Below, piece after piece: positions 19,263 to 27,922 of a stretch of DNA of 64,000 bases. A model generated the notes under the pieces. That model ran no database searches. It worked only from the letters and a program-made list of their open reading frames with translations, and was not told where the DNA came from. Origin of the DNA: Alphaproteobacteria bacterium (GTDB lineage Bacteria > Pseudomonadota > Alphaproteobacteria > MPNO01); NCBI GenBank assembly GCA_963422565.1, contig OY730228.1, positions 2,817,802 to 2,881,801 of the forward strand, given 5' to 3'. Position 1 is the first letter of the stretch; each line of letters begins with the position of its first letter. The translations under genes and the position numbers were made by a program.

Positions 19263-19967
19263 TCAACCCCCGAGGAACGCGCGCCGTACCTCGGGATCGC
19301 CGAGGAGGGTCTCGCCCGTGCCCGTATGGCGGCATGCCCCGGCGACAAGGACGAAGCCGCGGTCCGCGACGGCGAGCGCCTGGCGCGCGTTCTGCTCCAC
19401 CATCATGACCGCGACCCCGGCCTGCCGGATCGCGAGGATCCGGTCGAACAGCTCGTCCATCACGATGGGCGACATCCCGGCGGTCGGCTCGTCGAGCATC
19501 AGCACGCCGGGCCGGGTCATCAACGCCCGGCCGATGGCCAGCTGCTGGCGCTGCCCGCCCGACAGCTCTCCCGCCGCCTGGCGGCGTTTCTCGGCGAGCA
19601 CGGGGAAGAGGTCGAAGACCTGCCCCATGCTGCCGGAGATGTCGCCGCGGCGGAGAAACGCCCCCATCTCCAGATTTTCCTGTACCGTCATGGTCGTGAA
19701 CACGTTCCCGGTCTGCGGGACGAAGGCCATCCCCGCCTTCACCCGGCCCTGCGGCGTCAGACGGCCGATATCGCTGCCGCCCAGCGTCACCCGCCCCTCC
19801 CGCAAGTCGATCATGCCGAACAGGGCCTTCATGGCGGTCGATTTGCCGGCGCCGTTCGGACCGGCGACGACCGCGATCTCTCCCTTGGCGGCGGCGATCG
19901 TGCAACCGCGCAGGATATCGGCCCCGCCATAGCCGCCATGCATGTTTTCGCCGGCGAGGAAGCTCAT
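19263..19967 (-). CDS. livF: ABC transporter ATP-binding protein (LivF type)
   Basis: Walker A GPNGAGKST, the ABC signature LSGGQRQ and Walker B LMLDEP. The start overlaps the livG stop by 4 nt. Confidence 0.88.
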   Translation of the reverse strand: MSFLAGENMHGGYGGADILRGCTIAAAKGEIAVVAGPNGAGKSTAMKALFGMIDLREGRVTLGGSDIGRLTPQGRVKAGMAFVPQTGNVFTTMTVQENLEMGAFLRRGDISGSMGQVFDLFPVLAEKRRQAAGELSGGQRQQLAIGRALMTRPGVLMLDEPTAGMSPIVMDELFDRILAIRQAGVAVMMVEQNARQALAVADRGFVLVAGACRHTGTGETLLGDPEVRRAFLGG

Positions 19968-20749
19968 CCGGGGCCGGCCTGCCGCGCGTTCCCGCGCCCG
20001 GTGCCGAAATAGGCCTCGATGACGCGTTCGTCGGATTGGACGCGGGGAGCCGGACCCTCCGAGAGCACCGCGCCGTCGGCCATCACGATCACCGGGTCGC
20101 AGAGCAGCGAGACGAGGTCCATATCGTGCTCGATCAGGCAGAACGTGTAGCCGCGATGGAGGTTGAGCCGCAGGATGGCGCCGGAGATCGCGCGCAGCAG
20201 GGTTCGGTTGACCCCTGCGCCGATCTCGTCGAGCAGCACCGTCCGGGCGTCGGTCATCATCACGCGGGCGATCTCGACCAGCTTCTTCTGCCCGCCCGAC
20301 AGGTTGCCGGCGATCTCGCCGGCAACCGACTCGAGATCGAGGAAGGCGATGACCTCCTCGGCCTTGCGGCGGAGCTCCGCCTCCTCGACGCGAACCCGCC
20401 CCGGCCGCAACCATGTCCAGACCAGGCTTTCTCCGGCCTGGCCGCCAGCGGCGGCCATCAGATTCTCCAGCACCGTCAGGCCGGCGAATTCTCGGGCGAT
20501 CTGGAAGGTGCGCACCAGGCCCTTGTGGAAGAGCTGGTGGGGGCGGAGGCCGGTCACGTCCTCGCCGCGTAGATAGACCCGGCCGGAGGTCGGCGGATAG
20601 ACCCCGCCGATGACGTTGAACAGGGTCGTCTTGCCGGCACCGTTGGGGCCGATAAGCCCGGTAATGCTGCCCTCGGCGATCTCCAGGTTGGCGCCGTCGA
20701 CGGCCCGGATACCGCCGAAACGTTTCGACAGGTTCTCGACGCGGATCAC
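19964..20749 (-). CDS. livG: ABC transporter ATP-binding protein (LivG type)
   Basis: Walker A GPNGAGKTT, the ABC signature LSGGQKK and a LivG-specific C-terminal extension. Confidence 0.88.
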   Translation of the reverse strand: MIRVENLSKRFGGIRAVDGANLEIAEGSITGLIGPNGAGKTTLFNVIGGVYPPTSGRVYLRGEDVTGLRPHQLFHKGLVRTFQIAREFAGLTVLENLMAAAGGQAGESLVWTWLRPGRVRVEEAELRRKAEEVIAFLDLESVAGEIAGNLSGGQKKLVEIARVMMTDARTVLLDEIGAGVNRTLLRAISGAILRLNLHRGYTFCLIEHDMDLVSLLCDPVIVMADGAVLSEGPAPRVQSDERVIEAYFGTGRGNARQAGPG

Positions 20750-20850
20750 CCGTGTGCGCTCTGCCGTGGCGCCGCAGGCCCGGCGCGCTTCGGAGGGAAG
20801 CGCGAACCGGACCGGCTGCGCGGGCCGGAACGGTCGAACATGTCGCCCCG

Positions 20851-22032
20851 TCAGTGGACCCTGACGGACGTGAACTTGCCGTCCTTCACCTCGTACTCCT
20901 TGTAGGAGCCGGAGGAGTCGCCGGCCGCATCGAGCTGGACGTTCGTCGCGCCCTCGTAGTCGACCGCCTTGCCCGCGGCGAGGAGCGCGAGCGCCTTCCC
21001 GATCTCGCCCGGTCCGATCTCCTCCCCCGGCGCGTTGGCAACCGCGACGACTTTGGACTGGATCGCCGCGCGGTCGGTGGAACCGGCCGCCTGCGCCGCG
21101 AGGACGAGAAGCGCCGCTGCGTCGTAGGCTTCCGCGACGAACGGGGCGGAGCCGTCCAGCCCGACGGCTTCGGCGGCGGCCTCGAAGCGCTTGCGGTTGG
21201 GGGAATCGGATCCGGGCGCGGTGGCGACGGCGCCGTTCAACGGTGCGCCGATGTCCTTCGGCAGGGCCTTGCCGACCATCCCGTCTGCCAGGAGGAACTT
21301 GTCGAACGCGCCGGTGTCGAGCGAGGCCTGGATGATCCCCTTGCCGCCCTTGTCGATATAGCCGAACACGGCCAGATAGGTGGCCCCCGACGCGGCGAGC
21401 GCGCCGACCTCGGCGGAATAGTCGGCCTTGCCGTCCTCATGGGCGGCGGACAGCACAACCTCCCCCCCGCCGGCCTCGAACGCGGCCGCGAAGGACTGGG
21501 CGAGGCCCTTGCCGTAGTCGTTGTTGGTGTAGGTAACGGCGATGCTCGCGATGCCGCGCGCCTTGGCGACCGCGGCGAGCACCTCGGCCTGCCGCGAATC
21601 GGATGGGGTGGTCCGGAACACGTAGCCCTTGTCCTTGAGCGCGGTGATCGCCGGAGAGGTCGCCGTCGGCGAGATCATGACCACGCCCTTCGGCACCGCC
21701 ACGTTGTTGGCCACCGCCATGGTCACGCCCGAGCAGTCGGCGCCCAGGATCGCCGCCACGCCGCTCGCGGTGATCATGCGTTCGGCGGCGGCGGTCGCCG
21801 CCGCGGCGTCCGTGCAGGTCGAATCCCCGCGAACCGGGACGACCTTCCTGCCGCCGAGGAATCCGCCCGACACGGTCGCTTCCTTCATCGCGAGCTCCGC
21901 GCCGTCGGCGATGGCCGGTATCAGCGACTCGATCGGCCCGGTGAAACCGAGCAGGACGCCGATCTTCATGTCGGCGCGCGCCGCCGACGCCGCGAGGATG
22001 ACGGCCGCCGCCGTCACGAGAAGCCGCTTCAT
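20851..22032 (-). CDS. livK: ABC transporter substrate-binding protein (LivK/LivJ, periplasmic binding protein type I)
   Basis: 393 aa with the signal peptide MKRLLVTAAAVILAASAARA and a type I periplasmic-binding fold (GVLLGFTGP...). The operon order on this strand is K-G-F-H-M. Confidence 0.85.
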   Translation of the reverse strand: MKRLLVTAAAVILAASAARADMKIGVLLGFTGPIESLIPAIADGAELAMKEATVSGGFLGGRKVVPVRGDSTCTDAAAATAAAERMITASGVAAILGADCSGVTMAVANNVAVPKGVVMISPTATSPAITALKDKGYVFRTTPSDSRQAEVLAAVAKARGIASIAVTYTNNDYGKGLAQSFAAAFEAGGGEVVLSAAHEDGKADYSAEVGALAASGATYLAVFGYIDKGGKGIIQASLDTGAFDKFLLADGMVGKALPKDIGAPLNGAVATAPGSDSPNRKRFEAAAEAVGLDGSAPFVAEAYDAAALLVLAAQAAGSTDRAAIQSKVVAVANAPGEEIGPGEIGKALALLAAGKAVDYEGATNVQLDAAGDSSGSYKEYEVKDGKFTSVRVH

Positions 22033-22188
22033 CGTCTTTCTCCCATGACCGAGAAACCGGAACCGCACGAATAATGTGCGGGGAGCGATGACTCTGTTGA
22101 GAGTAACATATGCGGGAAGCGTCGGGTATTCGCTTGACCCGCCGCCGTCGGGCGGCGAAGTTGCCGCCGCGCGAGCATCGGAGGAGGG

Positions 22189-23061
22189 ATGAAGGCGGCC
22201 GCGTTCGACTATGCAAGGGCCGAGAGCCTGGAGGACGCCTGCCGCATCCTGGCCGCGGCCGGCGGGGAGCCCAAGATCATCGCCGGCGGGCAGACCCTGG
22301 TGCCGTTGATGGCGATGCGCTTCGCCAGGCCGAGCCTCCTGGTCGATATCAACGATCTCGACGAGCTGTGCGGCATCGAGGTCGCGGAGGGCGCCCTCTC
22401 GATCGGCGCCGCGACCCGCCAGCGCGCCGTCGAGCGCTCGGCGGAGGCGGCGCGCGCGCTGCCGCTGCTCGGCAAGGCGCTGGCCCATGTCGGCCACCAG
22501 CAGATCCGCAACCGCGGAACGGTCGGCGGCAGCCTGGCGCATGGCGACCCGTCGGCGGAGATCCCGCTGGCGGCGCTGACGCTGGACGCCCGGCTCGAGA
22601 TCCGCAGCGCGCGCGGCGCGCGGACCTGTCCCGCCGCCGACTTCTTCGAGGGGCCGATGATGACCGCGCTCGCTGCCGGGGAATGTCTGGTCCGGGCCTG
22701 TTTCCCGATCTGGCCGGGCGGCCGCATCGGAACCGGCTTCCAGGAGATCGCCCCCCGCAAGGGCGATTTCGCCCTCGTCGCGGCCTGCGTCCAGCTCCAG
22801 CTCGACGGCGACGGGCGCTGCGTCCGGATCGCCGCCGGGCTCGGCGGGGCGGCGCCGACGCCGGTGCGGCTCTCCGGGGTCGAAAACCTGCTGCGCGGCA
22901 GCGCGCTCGACGAGAAGACCGTGGCCCGGGCGGCGGCCGAGATCGGCGCGGTGATCGCCCCCGACGGCGACCTCCATGCGAGCGCCGAGTATCGACGCCG
23001 GGTGGCGCCCGTGCTGCTCGGCCGCGCGGTCGCCGAGGCCCGGCGCGAGGCGGCGCGGTGA
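22189..23061 (+). CDS. FAD-binding molybdopterin dehydrogenase medium subunit (CoxM/CutM-like)
   Basis: 290 aa with the FAD motifs AGGQTL and IRNRGTVGGSLAHGDPSAE and a C-terminal SAEYRRRVA segment. Confidence 0.88.
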   Translation: MKAAAFDYARAESLEDACRILAAAGGEPKIIAGGQTLVPLMAMRFARPSLLVDINDLDELCGIEVAEGALSIGAATRQRAVERSAEAARALPLLGKALAHVGHQQIRNRGTVGGSLAHGDPSAEIPLAALTLDARLEIRSARGARTCPAADFFEGPMMTALAAGECLVRACFPIWPGGRIGTGFQEIAPRKGDFALVAACVQLQLDGDGRCVRIAAGLGGAAPTPVRLSGVENLLRGSALDEKTVARAAAEIGAVIAPDGDLHASAEYRRRVAPVLLGRAVAEARREAAR

Positions 23062-23552
23062 GCGCGCGCGAGATCGCCGTCACCGTCAACGGCAGGCGTC
23101 ACCGCGCCAGCGTGCCGCCGCGTCTCACCCTGGTCGACTTCCTGCGAGACGTGCTGCGCCAGACCGGGACCCATGTCGGCTGCGAGCACGGGGTGTGCGG
23201 CGCCTGCTCGGTGATCTTCGACGGCGCCGCGGTCCGTTCCTGCCTGATATTCGCGGTCCAGGCCGACGCGCGCGCGGTGGTCACGGTCGAGGGGCTGGGC
23301 GGCCCGGACGGCACGCTCGGACCGGTCCAGCGGGCCTTTCGGGACTGCCACGGGCTGCAATGCGGCTACTGCACCCCGGGCATGATGATCGCTGCCGAGG
23401 CGTTGCTGGAGGAGAATCCGGACCCGACGGTGGCTGAGATCCGCGAGGCGATCTCGGGCAATCTCTGCCGCTGCACGGGCTATACGCAGATCGTCGAGGC
23501 CGTCGCGCATGCCGCCCAGCTCCGCCGCGGCGGTGGGGAGCGGGACGGGTGA
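23058..23552 (+). CDS. (2Fe-2S)-binding small subunit (CoxS-like)
   Basis: GTG start overlapping the coxM-like stop. Both [2Fe-2S] motifs are present: [11 protein letters not shown]...C and CGYCTPG...CRCTGY. Confidence 0.88.
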   Translation: MSAREIAVTVNGRRHRASVPPRLTLVDFLRDVLRQTGTHVGCEHGVCGACSVIFDGAAVRSCLIFAVQADARAVVTVEGLGGPDGTLGPVQRAFRDCHGLQCGYCTPGMMIAAEALLEENPDPTVAEIREAISGNLCRCTGYTQIVEAVAHAAQLRRGGGERDG

Positions 23553-25966
23553 GCGCGGCGGGCGCATCCGGCGCCAACTATCGCTACGTTTCGCGCAAGC
23601 GCCCGCCGCGCGAGAATCGGCGCTTCGTCGCGGGCAGGGGGAAATTCGTCGCCGATATCGCCCTCCCCGGAATGCGGCATGTCGCGCTGGTCGCCAGCCC
23701 GCATGCCAGCGCGCGCATCCTCTCGATCGACGCCGAGGCGGCCTGCGCCCTCCCCGGCGTGAGCGCGGTGCTGACCGGGGAGGAGCTCGCCCGGCACACG
23801 GCGCCGCTCTATCACGGCCTGCATCTGCCCGAGGTCCGATGGCATCCGCTGGCGGTCGGGACGGCCCGCTACGCCGGCGAATGGGTGGCGGCGGTGGTCG
23901 CCGAGTCGCGCCATGTCGCCGAGGATGCGGCCGAGCTCGTCGCCGTCGATTACGAGGTCCTGCCGGCAGCGGTCGAGATCGAGTCGCTGCTCGAGCCCGA
24001 CTCGCCGCCGGTCCACCCGGACCACGGCAGCAATCTGCTGCTGCGGAAGTCCTTTGAATGGGGGCCGGTCGAGGAGGAGTTCGCCGCCGCCCGGCACAGG
24101 CTCGACTACCGGGCCCGCTGGGGGCGGAGCGCGACCGTGCCCATCGAGACCTTCGGCGTCGTCGCCCGCTGGGACCCGGCGGCGGAGGTTCTGGATGTCT
24201 GGGCCTCGATCCAGATGCCCAACTATCAGGAGCAGATCGCGGACGCGCTCGACATCCCGTTGAACGGGGTGCGCGTGCATAACGATGTCGATGTCGGCGG
24301 CAGCTACGGCGTCAAGCGCGGCATCAAGCACACCGTGCTGGTCGGCTATCTCGCGCGCCGTCTGGGGGCGCCGGTGCGGCTGATCGAGGACCGGATCGAC
24401 AACATGTCGGGCGGCGACGCGCATGGCCCCGACCGTCTGTTCGACGTGACCCTCGCCTTCGAGGACGACGGGACGGTGCGCGCGATGAAGCTGCGTGCGC
24501 TCGACGATGTCGGCGCCTATCCCGGGCGCGGGCCGCTCCAGCTCGGCAAGCCGATCACCGCGCTGGTCGGACCCTACCGGATCGCCGCCGTCGCCTACGA
24601 GGCGATCGCGGCGGCCTCCAACAAGACCGGCCAAGTGCCGGTGCGGGGCTTCGGCCAGTCGCCGACCAACTTCATGATCGAGACCGGCATCGATCTGGTC
24701 GCCCGCCGTCTCGGGATCGACCGCATCGAAATCCGCCGCCGCAACCTGATCGGCCGCGACGAGTTCCCCTGGCGGATCCCCACCGGCACCGAATATGACA
24801 GCGGCGACTACCATGCCGTGCTCGACAAGGCGCTGGCGCTGGCCGACTATCCGGCGTTGCGCGCCCGGCGCGACCGGCTGCGCGCCGAGGGGCGGCTCGC
24901 CGGGATCGGGATCGCGACCTGTCTGGAGCCGGGCGGCGGCAACAACGTCTTCGAACAGCTCCTCAACGAACGGCTGACGGTCACGACCTTCGTCGAGTCC
25001 TGCCTGCTCCGGGTCGATCCGCATGGCGGGATCGTCGCGGTGATGTCGACGACCACCTCCGGCCAGGGGCACGAGACGCTGATCGCGACCGTCGCGGGCG
25101 AGGAGCTCGAGCGCGACCCCGACGGGATCCGGGTCGTGCACGCGGACTCGCTCGAGGCGCTGCCGACCCGGAGCCCGGTCGCAAGCCGGATGGCGATCGT
25201 GCTCGGCGGCGCGGTCTCGCAGGCGGCGCGGGCGATCAAGGCCAGGATGATCCGCATCGCCGCACATGATCTCGGCGCCGCGCTCGAACGCGTCGAGTAC
25301 CAGTCGGGGGAGTTCTTCGTCGTCGGCGACCCGTCGCGGCGCCTGTCCTGGGAGGAGGTCGCCGGGATCGCCCATCGCCAGCTTCACCGGATGCCGCCGG
25401 GGATGGCGCCCGGCCTGCAGGAGATGGCGGTCCTGCAGGTCCCGGGGACGACCGGCCAGCTTCCCGACGAGCGCGGCGAGATCCAGCTCTACCCCTGCTT
25501 CTCCTTCCAGGCCCATGTCCCGCTCGTCGAGATCGATCCCGGCACCGGCCGGGTCACGCTGCTCGAATACGCGATCGCGCATGACTGCGGGACGGTCATC
25601 AACCCCGATATCGTGCGCGGCATGATCATCGGCGGCGCGGCGCACGGCATCGGCGCCGCACTGTTCGAGAAGTTCGCCTATGACGAGACGGGCCAGCTCC
25701 TCGCCGGCTCCTTCGTCGATTACCTGCTGCCGTCGTCGATGGAGATCCCGATGGTAAGGGACGTCGCGCATTGCACACCCTCGCCCCTGACGTCGCTGGG
25801 CCAGAAGGGCTCGGGCGAGGGCGGCTATCTCGGCGCGCCGGCGGCGGTCGCGTCCGCGGTCAACGACGCGCTCGAACCGCTCGGCGCCGAGCTCGCCGAG
25901 CTGCCGATGCGCATGACCGATATCGAGGCCGCAATCCATTCTCGGCGAACGGAGCCCGCGAGATGA
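23549..25966 (+). CDS. xanthine dehydrogenase family molybdopterin-binding large subunit (CoxL-like; atypical active-site loop)
   Basis: 805 aa over the aldehyde oxidase/xanthine dehydrogenase a/b-hammerhead and Mo-binding domains. In the active-site position usually held by AYRCSFR (form I) or YRGAGR (form II) it has VPVRGFGQSP. Confidence 0.85.
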   Translation: MSAAGASGANYRYVSRKRPPRENRRFVAGRGKFVADIALPGMRHVALVASPHASARILSIDAEAACALPGVSAVLTGEELARHTAPLYHGLHLPEVRWHPLAVGTARYAGEWVAAVVAESRHVAEDAAELVAVDYEVLPAAVEIESLLEPDSPPVHPDHGSNLLLRKSFEWGPVEEEFAAARHRLDYRARWGRSATVPIETFGVVARWDPAAEVLDVWASIQMPNYQEQIADALDIPLNGVRVHNDVDVGGSYGVKRGIKHTVLVGYLARRLGAPVRLIEDRIDNMSGGDAHGPDRLFDVTLAFEDDGTVRAMKLRALDDVGAYPGRGPLQLGKPITALVGPYRIAAVAYEAIAAASNKTGQVPVRGFGQSPTNFMIETGIDLVARRLGIDRIEIRRRNLIGRDEFPWRIPTGTEYDSGDYHAVLDKALALADYPALRARRDRLRAEGRLAGIGIATCLEPGGGNNVFEQLLNERLTVTTFVESCLLRVDPHGGIVAVMSTTTSGQGHETLIATVAGEELERDPDGIRVVHADSLEALPTRSPVASRMAIVLGGAVSQAARAIKARMIRIAAHDLGAALERVEYQSGEFFVVGDPSRRLSWEEVAGIAHRQLHRMPPGMAPGLQEMAVLQVPGTTGQLPDERGEIQLYPCFSFQAHVPLVEIDPGTGRVTLLEYAIAHDCGTVINPDIVRGMIIGGAAHGIGAALFEKFAYDETGQLLAGSFVDYLLPSSMEIPMVRDVAHCTPSPLTSLGQKGSGEGGYLGAPAAVASAVNDALEPLGAELAELPMRMTDIEAAIHSRRTEPAR

Positions 25967-26958
25967 TCGTCGACACCCATTCCCACCATGTTCCGGAGCC
26001 GATGCTCGAGGGGCTTGTTCGCGGCTCCGCCAGGTTCCCCTCGATCGAGCTCCTCCGCGACGACGGCGGGTATCGGCTCGCCTTCGCCGGCGGCGCGCCC
26101 ACCCGCCCGGTCATGCCGGGCCTGCGGTCGGTGGAGCCGAGACTCGCCTGGATGGAGGCGCAGTCCGTCGACCGTCAGGTCTGCGCGGGCTGGCTCGACT
26201 CCTTCGGCTACGGCATCCCGGCCGAGGAGGGGCTGGCCTGGAGCCGGTTCGTCAACGAGCATCTCAAGCGGTTCGCCGCCGGCGGCGGGGGCTTCGTGCC
26301 GCTCGCGACGGTGCCCCTGCAGGACGGCGAGACGGCCGCGCGCGCCCTCGAGGAGGCGATGGCCGAAGGGTACGCGGGCGCGATGATCGGCACCCGGCCC
26401 AAGGACTCGACCGGCGCCCTCGACGATCCCGACCTCGACCCGTTCTGGGCGCGTGCCTCGGAGCTCGAAGCCGTGCTCTACATCCACCCGATGTTCGGCG
26501 GCGACGACGCGCGGCTCCACGATTACGGCATGATGAACACGGTCGGGCGGGTCAATGACGAGAGCGTCGCGGTCGCGCGCCTGCTGTTCTCCGGCCATTT
26601 CCAGCGCTATCCCGGCGCGCGGGCGATCCTGTCGCTGGGCGGCGCGGCCCTGCCCTACATCATCGGGCGGCTGGTCAGGAACTACGAGGCGGACGACAGC
26701 CTCGCCTACGATCCGCGCGAGGGGTTGCGCCGGCTCTATTTCGACAGCATCGTCTATACGCCCATGGCGCTGCGCTTCCTGATCGACACGGTCGGGGCCG
26801 ACCGGATCGTGCTCGGCTCGGACTATCCGTTCGGCATCGGCGACCTGGAACCCGCGCGGGTGGTCGCGGAGGCGGGGCTCGACGCCGACGCGCGCGCGTC
26901 GATCCTGGGCGGCACGGCGACGCGCCTGTTCCGCATCGCCGCGGCGGCCGCGGGCTGA
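25963..26958 (+). CDS. amidohydrolase-2 (ACMSD/decarboxylase-type) family protein
   Basis: 331 aa with the N-terminal metal-binding motif MIVDTHSHHVP. Its ATG overlaps the large-subunit stop (ATGA), which indicates translational coupling. Confidence 0.75.
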   Translation: MIVDTHSHHVPEPMLEGLVRGSARFPSIELLRDDGGYRLAFAGGAPTRPVMPGLRSVEPRLAWMEAQSVDRQVCAGWLDSFGYGIPAEEGLAWSRFVNEHLKRFAAGGGGFVPLATVPLQDGETAARALEEAMAEGYAGAMIGTRPKDSTGALDDPDLDPFWARASELEAVLYIHPMFGGDDARLHDYGMMNTVGRVNDESVAVARLLFSGHFQRYPGARAILSLGGAALPYIIGRLVRNYEADDSLAYDPREGLRRLYFDSIVYTPMALRFLIDTVGADRIVLGSDYPFGIGDLEPARVVAEAGLDADARASILGGTATRLFRIAAAAAG

Positions 26959-26988
26959 CCGGACGATGCCTGCCGCGGAGGACGGCCC

Positions 26989-27825
26989 GTGATCTCGTTG
27001 ACCGAGCGCGGCGCGCCGGCCGCGGCGCTGCTGAGCGAACGCGGGGAGACGGTCGCGGTCTCCGAATCGGCGGCCGGCGGTCTGATTTCGGCGGCGCTGC
27101 TCTCGCTCCCCGGGGCCTCGGGCTGGTTCGCGGGCGGCGGCGTGATCTACACCCGCGCGGCGCGGCGCGGGCTGCTCGGCTTCACCGCCGTCCAGTCGCG
27201 CCGGCGCGGTGCGACGGAGGAGTATGCGCTGCTCTGCGCCCGCGAGATCCGCGCCCGGCTCGGCGCGGTCTGGGGGCTCGCCGAGAGTGGCGCAGCCGGA
27301 CCCGGGGCCAACCGTTACGGCGATGCGGCCGGCCATGTCTGCGTCGCCGTCGCGGGGCCGGTCGATCGCAGCCGCACCATCGAGACCGGCAGCTCCGGGC
27401 GCGAGGACAATATGTGGGCCTTCGCCGATGCGGCGCTCGCCCTGTTCGGGGAGGCGCTGGACGCGGCGGCGGCGGTCACGGTCTACGGCATCTCCAATTG
27501 CGACCGCTGCCGGGCGGCGCGCCGCTGGCTCGCCGACCAGGGAATCGGCCACCGCTACCGCGATTACGATACCGACGGGCTCGACAGGTCGGTCGTCGAG
27601 GCCTGGATCGCCGAGCATGGCTGGGACGCGCTCCTCAACCGGCGTAGCGCGACCTGGCGGGCGCTGCCGGAAGCGGTGCGCGCGGTGGACGGACCGGCCG
27701 ACGCGGCGGCGCTGCTGGAGGCCCATCCGAGGCTCCTCCGGCGGCCGGTGATCTGTCTCCGCGGCCGCTCTCTGGTCGGCTTTTCCGACGAGATCCGCGC
27801 CACCCTGACCGCGCTGTGCGGATAG
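26989..27825 (+). CDS. fusion protein: CinA C-terminal (PncC-like NMN deamidase) domain + ArsC/Spx/YffB-family domain
   Basis: Residues 1-150 match CinA_C (TVAVSESAAGGLISAALLSLPGASGWFAGGGVIY...HVCVAVAGP). Residues ~160-278 match the ArsC family (VTVYGISNCDRCRAARRWLADQGI...RRPVIC). Single continuous ORF with a GTG start. Confidence 0.7.
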   Translation: MISLTERGAPAAALLSERGETVAVSESAAGGLISAALLSLPGASGWFAGGGVIYTRAARRGLLGFTAVQSRRRGATEEYALLCAREIRARLGAVWGLAESGAAGPGANRYGDAAGHVCVAVAGPVDRSRTIETGSSGREDNMWAFADAALALFGEALDAAAAVTVYGISNCDRCRAARRWLADQGIGHRYRDYDTDGLDRSVVEAWIAEHGWDALLNRRSATWRALPEAVRAVDGPADAAALLEAHPRLLRRPVICLRGRSLVGFSDEIRATLTALCG

Positions 27826-27922
27826 GGTGGCCCGGCATGTCGGGCGGCGGTCGTCCGTCGGCGCCTGCCGATCGCCGCGGCCGGGCCCGGCCCGATCCTC
27901 ACCGGGCGGGAGGACGTTTTCC

